Part shown: positions 52,295 to 64,000 of the stretch, piece by piece | Position numbering within the stretch: position 1 is the first letter of the stretch | Layout: the number at the start of each line of letters is the position of its first letter | NCBI GenBank assembly: GCA_964016885.1 | Contig: OZ024760.1 | Span: 434,001-498,000, forward strand | DNA length: 64,000 nt | DNA from: Eledone cirrhosa | Lineage: Eukaryota | Direction: 5' to 3' | Program-made: the position numbers and the translations under genes | Notes under the pieces: model-generated | Told to the model about the DNA's origin: nothing | The model's database searches: none | What the model saw: only the letters and a program-made list of their open reading frames with translations

Positions 52295-53679
52295 CTCTTT
52301 CCTTCCCTTCCCCCTCTCTCTCTCGGCTGTGCTCAGATCTGGAGAGAGAGAGATGCGTTCCGCCATATTTAAATGCACAAGACGCCGTGTGTCATCATCA
52401 CGTCGCCCCCTTCGACACCATCAGGACAGGAGTTACGTGTCCAAGCCATGTCGTTCTGCAACAAAATAATTTTATGAAACACTGCTCTTAGTAGTAATTG
52501 TTTTATTAGTCCTAAGTTAACCCTGGTGGAGCAGACATTAATTATAAAAGATATTTCCTGCTGAGTTTTTAAAGGGTCTATCTAAAATTACATTCTTTAA
52601 TCTTTTCTTCCGTTTTACAAGACAATTATTTGTTGGGAGACAAGAAATATTTCGCTGCTGCTTTTAAAAGTACGACAATAGTATGTCTATATTATTATTT
52701 TTGTTTTCAATTTATTTATTTTCCTTCAGCTAACAAACTTTCTGAATGAACGGCCACCATATCATGGCTCTCCTTCCCTCTAATTGTTTTATAACTGTCT
52801 TCCGGTCAGTCAGCCAGTTCAGCATTGTATCGTCTGCTTTTTCGTTCACCTTTCGTTTTGTTTTGACACACGAATAAAGAAGAACAAGAATGTTACTCTT
52901 CTCAATAAAAATGTCGGTAGACATTTTGAAAGAAAATCATAGCGAACTCATTTAGTAAGCAGACGTAGGCATTCGTACATGCTCATATATCAACAACGAC
53001 AACAGCAACAACAACACTAAACGCCAGGAGACTGTATGAAACAAAATGAGTAATACAAAAGCGGAAGAAAATGGCTTTTATTTGAATGAAATAAAGGTTT
53101 CTAGTAACCCTGAATATATTTTATTCAATTGGGTTTGAATTCTTTCAGTTATTATCGTGTACTTTGGGATTGTTTTGTGTATGTGTGTGCGTGTATTGGT
53201 ATATATATATAAGAATGTGTGTATGTATGTGTGTATGTATGGATGTGTGTGTGTTTGTATGTAATGTATGTATGTATGCATACATATATGTAATTTATAT
53301 ATGTACGTATGCATGTATGTATATATGTGGGTATGCATATATGTATATATGTAAGTCTGTGTGTGTATATGTATATATATATGTGTATGTATGCATATAT
53401 GTATGTATTTATATATATATATATGTATGTATGTGTATGTATGTATATGTATATTATGAATGTTTATATGTATATATATGTGTGTATATATATATATGTA
53501 TGTATGAGTATATTATGAATGTACATATGTATATATGTAAGTGTGTGTATATATATGTGTATGTATTTATATATATGTATGTATATGTATAATATATATA
53601 TATATAATGTATGTATATATATGTATGTATGTATGTATTTATATATATGTATATATATATATATATGTATGTATGTATA

Positions 53680-53715
<36 letters not shown>

Positions 53716-53716
53716 T

Positions 53717-53748
<32 letters not shown>

Positions 53749-53851
53749 ATGTATGTATATATATATATATATGTGTGTGTGTGTTAGTTTATTTCATTGT
53801 CTTCCTCTCCGCTCTTCTTTCCAATCTGACAACAACGTTTGTGTTGTTTCA

Positions 53852-53969
<118 letters not shown>

Positions 53970-54031
53970 ATACCTACATACGCGTGCACTCATCTACAGC
54001 GGAACAAAAAGATTTTATATATACATACACG

Positions 54032-54074
<43 letters not shown>

Positions 54075-54183
54075 ATATGTGTGTAGGAGGTGAGTTTTAT
54101 TGTAGTACAATAAAGCAATGCAGATATGTTGATTTAAAACTGCACTATCCACAAGTGTTTTTAACCTTCATATCATGTCCTCA

Positions 54184-54254
54184 TATTTTATCTGATGAAA
54201 ACACAAATGTTATTGCATGATGATATTTGTTTTTGAAATGCGCATAATAAAATA
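54184..54254 (+). ncRNA. Type I hammerhead, family F (diverged stem II)
   Basis: TATTTTAT-CTGATGA-AAACACAAAT..ATTTGTTTTT-GAA-ATGCGCAT-A^ATAAAATA; perfect 8-bp stem I. Confidence 0.85.
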
Positions 54255-54500
54255 CATGGAACTCATTTAACCATCTTTTGATCTTATATATATATATATA
54301 TATTGTTATATTTGGGGAGGGTCATATTTGTGTAATATTGCCAGAATTAATAACAGAACACACTCACTGTTTGGTTGGTTTTCGCTTCTGTGTCTTTTAT
54401 ATCGGTTAATTTAATTTATTCGGTCCTCAACGTTACCATTGACTGACCGACGGTCAAAAATACAGATATAATATAGGCACAAACACATATATATAGTCTA

Positions 54501-54541
54501 ACAAAGTTCTTTCGTTGCACATCTGCAACATCGTCAGTGGT
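54501..54541 (-). ncRNA. Hammerhead, family G relative (weak stem I)
   Basis: Reverse complement CA-CTGACGA-T-GTTGCA-GATG-TGCAAC-GAA-AGAACT-T^TG. Confidence 0.68.
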
Positions 54542-54670
54542 GCTATTATGTTTCCTCCCGTTGCATTGTATGCCTACGCCATCTTTATTTAGTTTGTTTA
54601 TTTACGATTTCATATCAAAAACCTCGCAAAACTAATTCATCGCCGTTATATATATATATATATATACAAG

Positions 54671-54704
<34 letters not shown>

Positions 54705-54705
<1 letters not shown>

Positions 54706-56375
54706 AGGAATTCAGCTTCATCACAGACTTCACAAGTAAATCCAGCCTTTTCTACGGTATCCCTAAAGTACATAAAAGCGAATTAATAAGTAAGGCATGC
54801 AAGGAGGCCACAGCCATAGTCATCAATGTCCCCTCACCCAATGATCTCAAATTAAGACCTATAATAGCAGGCACCGCTTGCGAAACCCACCGCCTCAGCA
54901 ACTTCATTGATACCCTTCTCAAGCCTTTTCTCAAACACATCAAAAGCTATATATAGGAACGACCTAGATATGCTCAATCACCTCCCTAATATGCCACTTT
55001 CTGAACAAACCCTACTAGTGACGTTCGATGTAGTCAACCTATACTCCAACATCCCCCACAACCTAGGAATAGAAACTATCCAATTCTGGCTGGATAATTA
55101 CCACAATGAACTCCCACAACGCATCAAAAAAGAATTCGTGATAGAGGGACTCAAATTTATCTTGGAGAACAATTACTTCGTTTTCAATAACAAACCCTAC
55201 AGGCAGAAATCTGGGACCGCTATGGGAACGAAAACAGCCCCTACTTATGCCAACCTAGTCATGGGATACCTGGAAATCACCCTCTACACTAAAGTCCTAA
55301 CACATTTGGAAACACTCTCCACTTACACATAGAAAGGAACTGGAAGCGATATCTAGATGACTGCTTCATCCTTTGGCACGAAAACATCGAGAAACTTAAA
55401 GAATTTCACACCCTTATAAATGGGCTCAACACGAATATTAACTTCACGATGGAATACAGCCATCAATAACTCCCCTTCCTCGACATCCTCATTAAGATCC
55501 ATAACAAAAAAATAGAAACATATACTACAAGCCCACAGACTCCAAGCAATATCTTCCTTTCAACTCTTGCCACCCTAGACACGTTAAAATTAATATTCCC
55601 TACAACTTAGCCAAGAGAATCTGTACTATAGTCTCCAATAAAAACACCTGCAACTTACGGCTAAAAGAACTAAAGGACACACTCATAGGCAGGGACTACC
55701 CTGCATCACTAATTGACAATGGAATTCAACGTGCCCTAAAACTCAGTACCCAGGACCTTAGACACCCTAAAGTAAATCAACCGAAACTAAAAGCTCTTCC
55801 ATACATCTCCACACACAACCCCCTCAACAATGAGGCCTTTGACACCATCCTCCAGAACATCCCTGTGTTGAAAAAGGACCATAGAACGAACCAAATCGTA
55901 CGAACACACGATATCATAAAGAGCAAAAGACAATCTAAGTCAATGAAAAATATACTAACACATGCCAAAGTACTGCCAACCACAACAACGAAACCCACAG
56001 TAAAAAAAATGCGATAGACCCAACTGTGGCATCTGCATCAACCTAATAGAGGGTTCGGAATTCTATTTCAAAGAAGGACAACGTTTTATAGTAAAACACA
56101 ATTTCACATGCGCATCAGAAAATCTAATATATGTATTAACTTGCTCAGGTTGTCGAGAACAATACATAGGCCAGACCAAAAACAGCCTCCGCCAACGGGA
56201 ATACAGGAAAATACCACTGAGTGAACACATTGATACATGTGCCGCCCAAAATCATCCCAACTCCAGAATCTTTCCCCTCTACAAATTTAAAGATAATGCC
56301 ACCCACACCCAGCGCATCAGCAAGGAATCTTACTTTATTAACAAATACGGACTCCGTCTAAACACTTCTCCCTAA
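54705..56375 (+). pseudogene. Penelope-like element RT + GIY-YIG ORF (Naiad-like), 5'-truncated and frameshifted
   Basis: FYGIPKVHKS..DLKLRPIIAG, TFDVVNLYSNIPH, GTAMGTKTAPTYANLVMG, WKRYLDDCF, LPFLD, CDRPNCGIC linker, NLIYVLTCSGCREQYIGQT. Frameshifts near 54950, 55300, 55520 and 56005; apparent deletion near 56197. Confidence 0.93.
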
Positions 56376-56587
56376 GACGAACCCACAACATACACACATC
56401 AACATACATACCTACATCAGCATACATCTCTACCCACATATAAACACAATGACATACGTAAACACACATGTTCTATGGTGCAACACAAATATACACAAAT
56501 TTGCATACCTTTTGATGTCTATAGATATAAACGTGCTGACACACACACATACATAAACGCACACATGCATTGCACACTGATAGGCAC

Positions 56588-56862
56588 ATACATATTTGTG
56601 CACAGGTATTCCAATACGGCAAGGCCTAATGAATTCCCCTTGCAGTACGTACAATCTGGACACACTCCAGATACATATTTGTGCACAGGTATACAATTTC
56701 TGGACACACTCCAGATACATGTGTACAATTTGTGCACAGGTATACAATTTGTGCACATGTATACAATTTCTGGACACACTCCAGATACATATTTGTGCAC
56801 AGGTATTCCAATACGGCAAGGCCTAATGGATCCCCCTTGCAGTACGTACAATCTGGACACAC
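56588..56862. repeat. Complex tandem duplications in the PLE 3' flank
   Basis: TGTGCACAGGTAT..CTGGACACACTCCAGATACAT blocks are repeated; 56590-56668 recurs at 56787-56864. Confidence 0.85.
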
Positions 56863-57783
56863 TCACACACACCTTGGTATTATGCCAATACTATATATCA
56901 TTTCACACCTTTTATTATTACGGTTTTTGATGTTCTATTGAGAGAATCGATTTTACTGAAAATATCGAATAATGTACACCATTTTAACAGAAATAAATAC
57001 TAATCCACCCACACACACACACATTCTCTCTCACACACACACACACACACACACGCATATACACACACACACATACACACGCGTACATTAACATACAAAG
57101 ACACACACACACACACACACACACACACTTCTCCGTATAAGACAAGAGCTGAAAAAATATCTTTTAACATGTTAAAATATCCCCCACACACTTACAGACA
57201 CATTCCTACTGACCATCCCTCTACCACGAATTACTCTGCTACACACACACACACACTTGTCTTAGTAGGCATTTGAACTGTCAACAGGCTGCGGTTCGCA
57301 CACACATCCCTGCTGACCATTATCACAAAAACGAACCTCTTTACTACTACTACACACACACACATATTTGTTGTGAAATACTTATTTCTCAATCAGCCAA
57401 CACAAACCTACATTTGGCGCAAAATCAATTTTTTACATTCACATGACCTCTACCGACCAATCAAGAATGTTTGCAACATGAATTGGCGCAAAACTTATTT
57501 TAATACCGCTGGAGCCACTTTTTTAACATAAAAACAGGTAGAATTCCAAAAACTAATCAGATCAGAGCAAACATCACGGACGCTCTATCTCAAAATTATT
57601 TTTGAAAAGCATTAGAAATGCGCAACCGGTAAAACTTAAAACCAAAACTCAATACTAACCAATACTATTACTAATTATCACTTATTCCTAATTAAACTAT
57701 TTTTCACTGTGAACAATTTGTCAGAATTTTCTATTCCGTTTACCAATATATCATAACTTGTGTGTTACACCTATATTCTTTTA

Positions 57784-57864
<81 letters not shown>

Positions 57865-57916
57865 GCTTTCCTGATGATTTCCATCGAGTGAAATAGTTTT
57901 AGTCTTGTAGAAGTCA
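57865..57916 (+). ncRNA. Degenerate hammerhead, family C
   Basis: TTC-CTGATGA-TTTC-CATC-GAGT-GAA-ATAG..TTGT-A^GAA; most changes keep G-U pairing. Confidence 0.6.
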
Positions 57917-58095
57917 TTTGTATATTAAAAATTTATACTCTGCTATGTATTGTGTACCTTACTTACTGTAACCCCTATTGAACTCGCCCCCCCCCCCCCA
58001 TATATATATAGATATATACACACACACATATATATATATATACATATATATATATGCTATATACATACATACGCACGCATATATATATATATGTA

Positions 58096-58159
<64 letters not shown>

Positions 58160-58226
58160 AACATATATATATATATATATATATGCTATATACATACACA
58201 CACACACACACACGCATATATATATA

Positions 58227-58304
58227 TAAGGTGTCCCTCCAAAAATGTATACGCATTTGAGTTATCTGCTGTTGAAGCATGTATACATTTTTTGGAACAC
58301 CCTA
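58227..58304. mobile_element. Small Tc1/mariner-type MITE
   Basis: TAAGGTGTCCCTCCAAAAATGTATAC ... GTATACATTTTTTGGAACACCCTA inverted ends within TA. Confidence 0.62.
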
Positions 58305-58845
58305 TATATATGCTATATATATATATATATACATAACTGTTGACACACACACGTATATGTATATATGTAATTATATATACATACATATATATATATGTAT
58401 AAACATGCCTACAGTGACACACACATGCATACACATACATCCACGTACTTACAGATACACATACACACGTGCTGACTCGGATTCGCTGTGTGATGTGTCA
58501 GGAGTTGTTGAACGAATGAAAGAACACGTTTCATTATTTATTCTTCCTCATCAACCTAAAGCTCTCCAAGCATATCTAATCCAAACAAACCATAGTCGGC
58601 GGCGTTGTGTCGGTTATGGTGCGTTACGGTACGTTATAATGTGTGTTCTGCTTGTGATACGGGTCGGTGGTTAGGGCTTGTCACAAACACACACACACAC
58701 ACATTTTCAAGATGGCTGACGAACTGACGAACAGCAACGCGTGCCTTCTTGTCTATGCGCCGCCTCCACGTTTACTATTTCGCTGGCCTAACTTCTATTT
58801 TCTTCTGCTTCTCTTCACTTCACTCTCCCTCTCTCTTCTTTCTGT

Positions 58846-58881
58846 GTTTCGACGAAGGAGGAACCTCCGAAACGTTAAGAC
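58846..58881 (+). ncRNA. Minimal hammerhead, family D relative (damaged core)
   Basis: GTTT-C.GACGA-A-GGAG-GAAC-CTCC-GAA-ACGT-T^AAGAC; stem II differs from 34192 but stays paired; (CA)n-flanked. Confidence 0.58.
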
Positions 58882-58996
58882 TCCTTTTCAGTTATATCAA
58901 ATGTGAAAGTAATATACTTGTCACTGCATTCTATTGTTCTCCAGTGTTCTTTTCATTTGTTGACTTTTCTTACACAAATAAAACTAAGCACTCATG

Positions 58997-59046
<50 letters not shown>

Positions 59047-59164
59047 CATACATACATATATATACATGGACGAACATATACATATAGGGAAACAAGCACG
59101 CGACGCTGTTGTAGTAGTATAGTTTTTGTTATTAGTAGTAGTGGTAGTAGCAGCGGTAGTAGTG

Positions 59165-59208
<44 letters not shown>

Positions 59209-59230
59209 AGTAGTAGTAGTAATAGTAGTT

Positions 59231-59269
<39 letters not shown>

Positions 59270-59489
59270 CTTCACGTAGTAAACATAATCCTCCATCAAG
59301 TGTGGTTGTATAAATACTTAATTGAGGTCCGATGAATAATTTAACGTACGGAAATATCGAATGTGTCTGATATGAGTCCTATATTTCCGATTTTTACGTA
59401 TGTATGCATGGATATATGTATGTATGAGTGTGTGTGAGTGTGTGTATGTATACATACATACATATATATTCGATTGACTTTCGTCAAAT

Positions 59490-59681
59490 CGGACCGAGGA
59501 AACAATGTTTCCATTGGTCCTTCCTATTGCTAATACTATCTATCGGTCGCAACTCCAGGTAGAAGGAGCAACGTGAAATAAAGTGTCTTGCTCAAGGATA
59601 TAACGCATCGCCCGGTCCGTGAATGGAACTCACAACCTCACGGTTGCGAATCCAATTCTCTACCCACTCAGCCACGCACCT
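59490..59681 (-). mobile_element. tRNA-derived SINE (CORE-like)
   Basis: Reverse-complement head GGTGCGTGGCTGAGTGG..GAGTTCCATTC, then TCCTTGAGCAAGACACTTTATTTCAC. Confidence 0.72.
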
Positions 59682-59715
59682 ATCTATATATAAATGTTTA
59701 TATGTAAACAGACAA

Positions 59716-59759
<44 letters not shown>

Positions 59760-60122
59760 TGGTGACCTCTGAATGTTGTGTATGTGCGTGTGTGAGTGTA
59801 TATATATATAATCTATTGAAATAAATGTGGTGTGGGAGAAGAGGTAACACGTTCGTCACGTTAGTATAGATAAACTTAACAAAATTAACAAAGACAGGAA
59901 AAGACAACGAACGGACACAAGGCAGACAAAATGAAAAACAATTTATAAAAAGGGAAAACGTTAAAAATTTTTTTTTTTTTAAATTAAAGATACAAACGAA
60001 GGACACCGAACTCCAGGTCATCAGCCGTTAAGATGGACTTTGGCAGTTTCGACCCCTTCCAACGGTACTGTTGGTACACCTGGAGTCCTGAATTTTTTCA
60101 TATATATATATATATATATATA

Positions 60123-60430
60123 TAAAGATGAAATCGAAAATGCAACTGGAGTCTTATTTTAAAAAAAATATATATATATTTATTTGGTTCCCTTACCGGT
60201 TTCGCAGTTCTTCTGCTTTTCAAAAGTAGAGTTGAGTTGAGATGGAGGGTCTGTGGTTTTTCTCACATCAGAAGAACTGCGAAACCCGTAAAGGAACCAA
60301 ATAAATATATATATTTAAAAAAAAATAAGACTCCAGTTGCATTTTCAATTTCATCTTTTTTTCTTTATACTTTCACTCGTGTAGGACACCTCGGTTATTT
60401 TTCCTTTTGTAAAAAAACCTCACTTTCTAA
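60123..60430. mobile_element. Family J head-to-head inversion in (TA)n
   Basis: Both arms match 39452-39665 and 40120-40266. Confidence 0.8.
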
Positions 60431-60493
60431 TATATACATATATATATATATTTATTAAAATAACAGATTAAAGTTTAAGCAAAGAATCGCTGC

Positions 60494-60525
<32 letters not shown>

Positions 60526-60739
60526 TGAATGCCATGGTTGACGGAGGCTCGGCTCTGTAAGGTATAGTAATTTTTAACCGTTAAAACAATTGTAAATTGT
60601 TTAAAACTTGAACCAAATTGTTGATAAAGACACCCTCCTCCTCGTGAGAGGGGTCTTTCTGTCCGTTATTTGGCCCTTCGGGGTTAAATAACCAGTTATT
60701 GGGGTTTTGTACCCAAAATTTCATTTTAAACAAAAAAAC

Positions 60740-62837
60740 ATGGCTACCAAAAAGAAATTTCATACGTCACTCCCACTCATTCCGTCTTCTTCTTCCTCAA
60801 TCATCACTACAGCAGAGAGAAGATTGTCTCTCTCCCTCCCTTCTTTAAATGTGTCTCTCTCCCTCCCTTCTCTTTCGCAAGTGACGAAAGAAAAGAAAAG
60901 TCTCGTGCAAAGCGTGCAAGGTTTCTCCACGACGACGACGACAGCGACGAAACAGGTGTGCGGGAAATACGAAAACCCAGTTCATTCGTCTGACGTCAGG
61001 AATAATAGCAGTAGCAGCCGTAATAACAACAGCAACAGTGACAATGAAAACAACAGTAGCAGCCGCAACAGCATCACCAGCAGCATAAACAACAACAGCA
61101 TTAGCAGCAGCAACACCAACAACAACCACAGCAACAGCGGCGGAGGCAGTAGTCGTAGTACCTGCAGCAACAACAAAAGTACCAGCAGCTCTGACGACAA
61201 CAACAACAGCAGAGAAAAACCAATCTCATTTGCAGGTATTGCGAAAAATTTGGAAACAATCCTCATAACAAATGAGGAATTAGAGGAAGCGAAGAAGATG
61301 GTGACAAAGAACGGACACCGAGCAATCTGCAAGGCAGCGAAAAATTTTTTCGAAACCCAAGAGCACTGTACGGTCACGTACCGTACAGTAAGTACAAAAT
61401 CCCGTAGGGTGGAAAGAGCCACAGAGGCCCAAATACAAAAAGCCTTGGGGTCTGTGTGGCAGAGGAAAACGCACATCACCCGAGGCAAAAAAATACGCCA
61501 CCGTAGACGTACTTTTTGCCACACCCCAGGAGGCAAAGGCCCAATCAGTAGTGACCCTAAGGAGCGAGGAAATGGTGTTGGTGCCCTCCTACTGCGGGCA
61601 AAAAATTGTGAGGGTCAAACTGACCCACGTCCCCCCCGGAATGACCCCTTCTTGGCTGGCCGCGTCTGTCCTCGTCGGAATCGAGGACAAAACAACTGTA
61701 CTGCAAGTACAGAAAAAAGTAAGAGAAGATTGGGTCGGCTCCTCCATTGAGATGCTAATCCAAACCAACCAGGAGTGCATCGAAGCTATCCCGGATGTGA
61801 TAGACTTCGATAACGGCACTCAACTGCCCATAAGTGTTGAGGGCAAACGCCCGAAATGCTTTCGCTGTGGATCGAAGACTCACCTCAGGGCCTTCTGCAA
61901 CGAGAAGACCCTGAGAAAGGAGAAAACCCCCCTCCTCCCGAATCCGGTTCCACGGCTACCAGCAACAGGACAAGCGGCAACCAGGAACGATAGGTCCGTG
62001 GCACCCATACCCACTCCACGGAAATCAAAGACAGCAGCAGCAGTGGAAATATTAACAACAACAACAGCAATACCAAATGCAGCTGCAACAGAGACTCCAG
62101 TGCAAACATCACCAACAACAACAAGTGAAAGAGTGGAGCTGGTACCCCTCCCCGACCTTACAGAATCAGACATGGAGTGTGAGGTGGGAGAGGGATGGCA
62201 AAAGGTCTCAAGAAGGCACAAACGCAGAAGCAGCGCATCGTCGCCTTTGAAAAGGGAGGAAAGAAATGAGAAAAGGGTAAAGTCTACTGCAAAGAGACCC
62301 ACAGCAGCAACACCACCAACACCATCACCACCCACACCAGCACCACCATCACCACCGGCGACAACCCCACCGCCAACAACACCTTCAACACCACCACCAC
62401 AAGCACCAACATCGCAAACACAACAACAAAACACACACACCCAGCAACAACGACAAGAAAATAGCAGAACCACACCCCACCCCCAGAAAAACAAATGCAC
62501 GGCAATAAACACACACAACAAGAAACTAATGACTTACATAATTGAACACACAGACATTTCACAACAGGACTACATAATACCAGCACCAATCAAAACGCCA
62601 ACTAACATAAGACTGCTAAAAATAGCACAGAAACAATACACAAACATTAAAACGAAATTCCCCAACGCAGTTGGTGATTTCAGGGACCTAGGAGGAACCA
62701 TTAATCGAAGAGTATATTCAGACATTCTCTTAGAAGAGCCGACGACCAGCCGAAGGGACGATTCAACGGTCCCTTCACCAGACGATCAAGTGAAAAGGGA
62801 TGTAAAAACCATCCCTCCTCTACCAAAAATACGGTAA
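60740..62837 (+). CDS. ORF1 (CCHC knuckle) with one +1 frameshift in an A7 run near 61490
   Basis: CFRCGSKTHLRAFC. Removing one A from GGCAAAAAAATAC fuses ORFs 60707-61750 and 61551-62837 (..TRGKKYATVDV..). Confidence 0.8.
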
Positions 62838-62872
62838 GTGGTCTTTCCCATCTTTTCCACTCTATTTTAAAC

Positions 62873-64000
62873 ATGACCTCACTCAGAATAGGCAGCATAA
62901 ATGCGCGTGGCTTGGGGTCGTCATGGAAGCAGGGTCACCTGCTCAACGACCTCAGGTCACTAAACATAGATGTAGTGGCCATCAGCGAGACCAGAATCTC
63001 CGAAGCACGGGCCTTCGCACCGATCTTCGGCGGCTACGATGTGTACGCATCTCCCAGCCGTCCTGGATCGGGTGGAGGAGTTGCTGTGCTTTTTCGGAGA
63101 GGTTTGGATCTCGCCATACGGGCCATCTTCCTGGACCCAGAGGGTAAGCTGGTGGTGCTGGACGTGACCAGCGGAGACGGGCAAGCTTTCAGGCTAGTGG
63201 CCGTCTATGCCCCGACAGGAGCAGGGCGGCCTGATTTCTTCCGGCGTCTGGAGACCTTTCTTGGAACGTCGCGCTCTTTAGTGTTAGTGGGCGACTGGAA
63301 CGGGATCTTAGATGCACGCTGGGACTGTGTGGGATTAGCGGATAGGGGTGGAGGGTGCAAGAGCCTCACCAACCTGCTCAGGCGTTTTGAACTGTCTGAC
63401 AGGTACCGATTGGATTTCCCGAATGTGCCAATGTGGACTTGGACAAACCGCATAGGGTCATCCAGATCATATCTAGATAGAGTATTTTGTAGGGAAATAG
63501 ATAGGTCTAGCATAGGCTGTCCACAATTCAAGATAGTCAGCTACACGGACCACAAATTCGTGATCTGTGTGCTTGACTTAGATAGGCTTCATAGACGAGG
63601 ACCCGGCTACTGGAAGCTAAACGCGTCCTTACCAGCGCGCAAGGCCTACAGAGACCGGATTAGCGAACTAGTTAAGCGGGCGTTGACGGGGGCCATCGTC
63701 AACAACAAGTGGTGGTTTGCTCTGAAAAGAGCGATTAGAATAGAATCGATTAGGTTTAGTAAGGCTTTAGCAATAGAGAAAAATAGAGCAGAGGGAGAAC
63801 TAGTTAGAAAATTAGACGAGGCGCTTAGCAAAGGCATTGCGACCGACGTGCTTGCGGCGAAATTGGCCCTTGACCAATTCTTCAATGCAAAGCACGAAGG
63901 CTGCGTTGTCAGAGCTAGGGTGCGTGCTCTCAGACACGAGGGGACGAAAGCCGTTCAATGGGCCCGAGTGGCGGAGGCGCGTCGTGGCAACAAAGCCACG
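62873..64000 (+). CDS. ORF2 N-terminus (APE endonuclease), incomplete at the window edge
   Basis: MTSLRIGSINARGLGSSWKQ..ISETR..YAPTG..GDWNGILD..YLDRVF..TDH; not in the ORF track because there is no stop before 64000. Confidence 0.92.
   Translation, partial: MTSLRIGSINARGLGSSWKQGHLLNDLRSLNIDVVAISETRISEARAFAPIFGGYDVYASPSRPGSGGGVAVLFRRGLDLAIRAIFLDPEGKLVVLDVTSGDGQAFRLVAVYAPTGAGRPDFFRRLETFLGTSRSLVLVGDWNGILDARWDCVGLADRGGGCKSLTNLLRRFELSDRYRLDFPNVPMWTWTNRIGSSRSYLDRVFCREIDRSSIGCPQFKIVSYTDHKFVICVLDLDRLHRRGPGYWKLNASLPARKAYRDRISELVKRALTGAIVNNKWWFALKRAIRIESIRFSKALAIEKNRAEGELVRKLDEALSKGIATDVLAAKLALDQFFNAKHEGCVVRARVRALRHEGTKAVQWARVAEARRGNKAT

Larger units (their letters stand above)
54703..57787 (+). mobile_element. 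Penelope-like retroelement with 3' pLTR-like flank, inserted in (TA)n
   Basis: (TA)n at both ends; the 3' flank 57400-57640 resembles family J. The 3' boundary is inferred. Confidence 0.72.
60526..64000 (+). mobile_element. Second L1/Tx1-clade LINE, running off the window end
   Basis: ORF1 and ORF2 homologous to 22619-28413; preceded by (TTA)n. Confidence 0.9.

Noticed and set aside
52730-52953. Possible host exon (strong acceptor at 52729, or a 64-aa minus-strand ORF)
   Set aside because: No recognisable protein similarity or partner exons; needs RNA-seq.

Overview
Repeat-dominated eukaryotic (animal) DNA, most likely from an octopod cephalopod. This is inferred from the Nin-domain tRNA-SINEs and the extreme microsatellite density. 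No host protein-coding gene can be supported, and almost all ORF-track entries are microsatellite artefacts. The real coding content is retroelement: an apparently intact L1/Tx1-type LINE (22.6-28.4 kb) with 3' fragments and a second copy running off the window end, two decayed R4/Dong-type RLE LINEs (3.2-7.4 kb), a frameshifted Penelope-like element (RT + GIY-YIG, Naiad-like; 54.7-56.4 kb), and Tc1/mariner remnants. The main hidden signal is non-coding. About 25 complete or near-complete type I hammerhead ribozyme motifs of at least 9 sequence families sit in short elements inserted, usually as head-to-head inversions, into (TA)n or (CA)n tracts. One is a 595-nt circularly permuted unit with a rare U3-A8 core, and one copy of it begins within 1 nt of the predicted cleavage site. 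Each retroelement class occupies a different microsatellite. All ribozyme calls come from manual pairing, not from covariance-model searches or assays.
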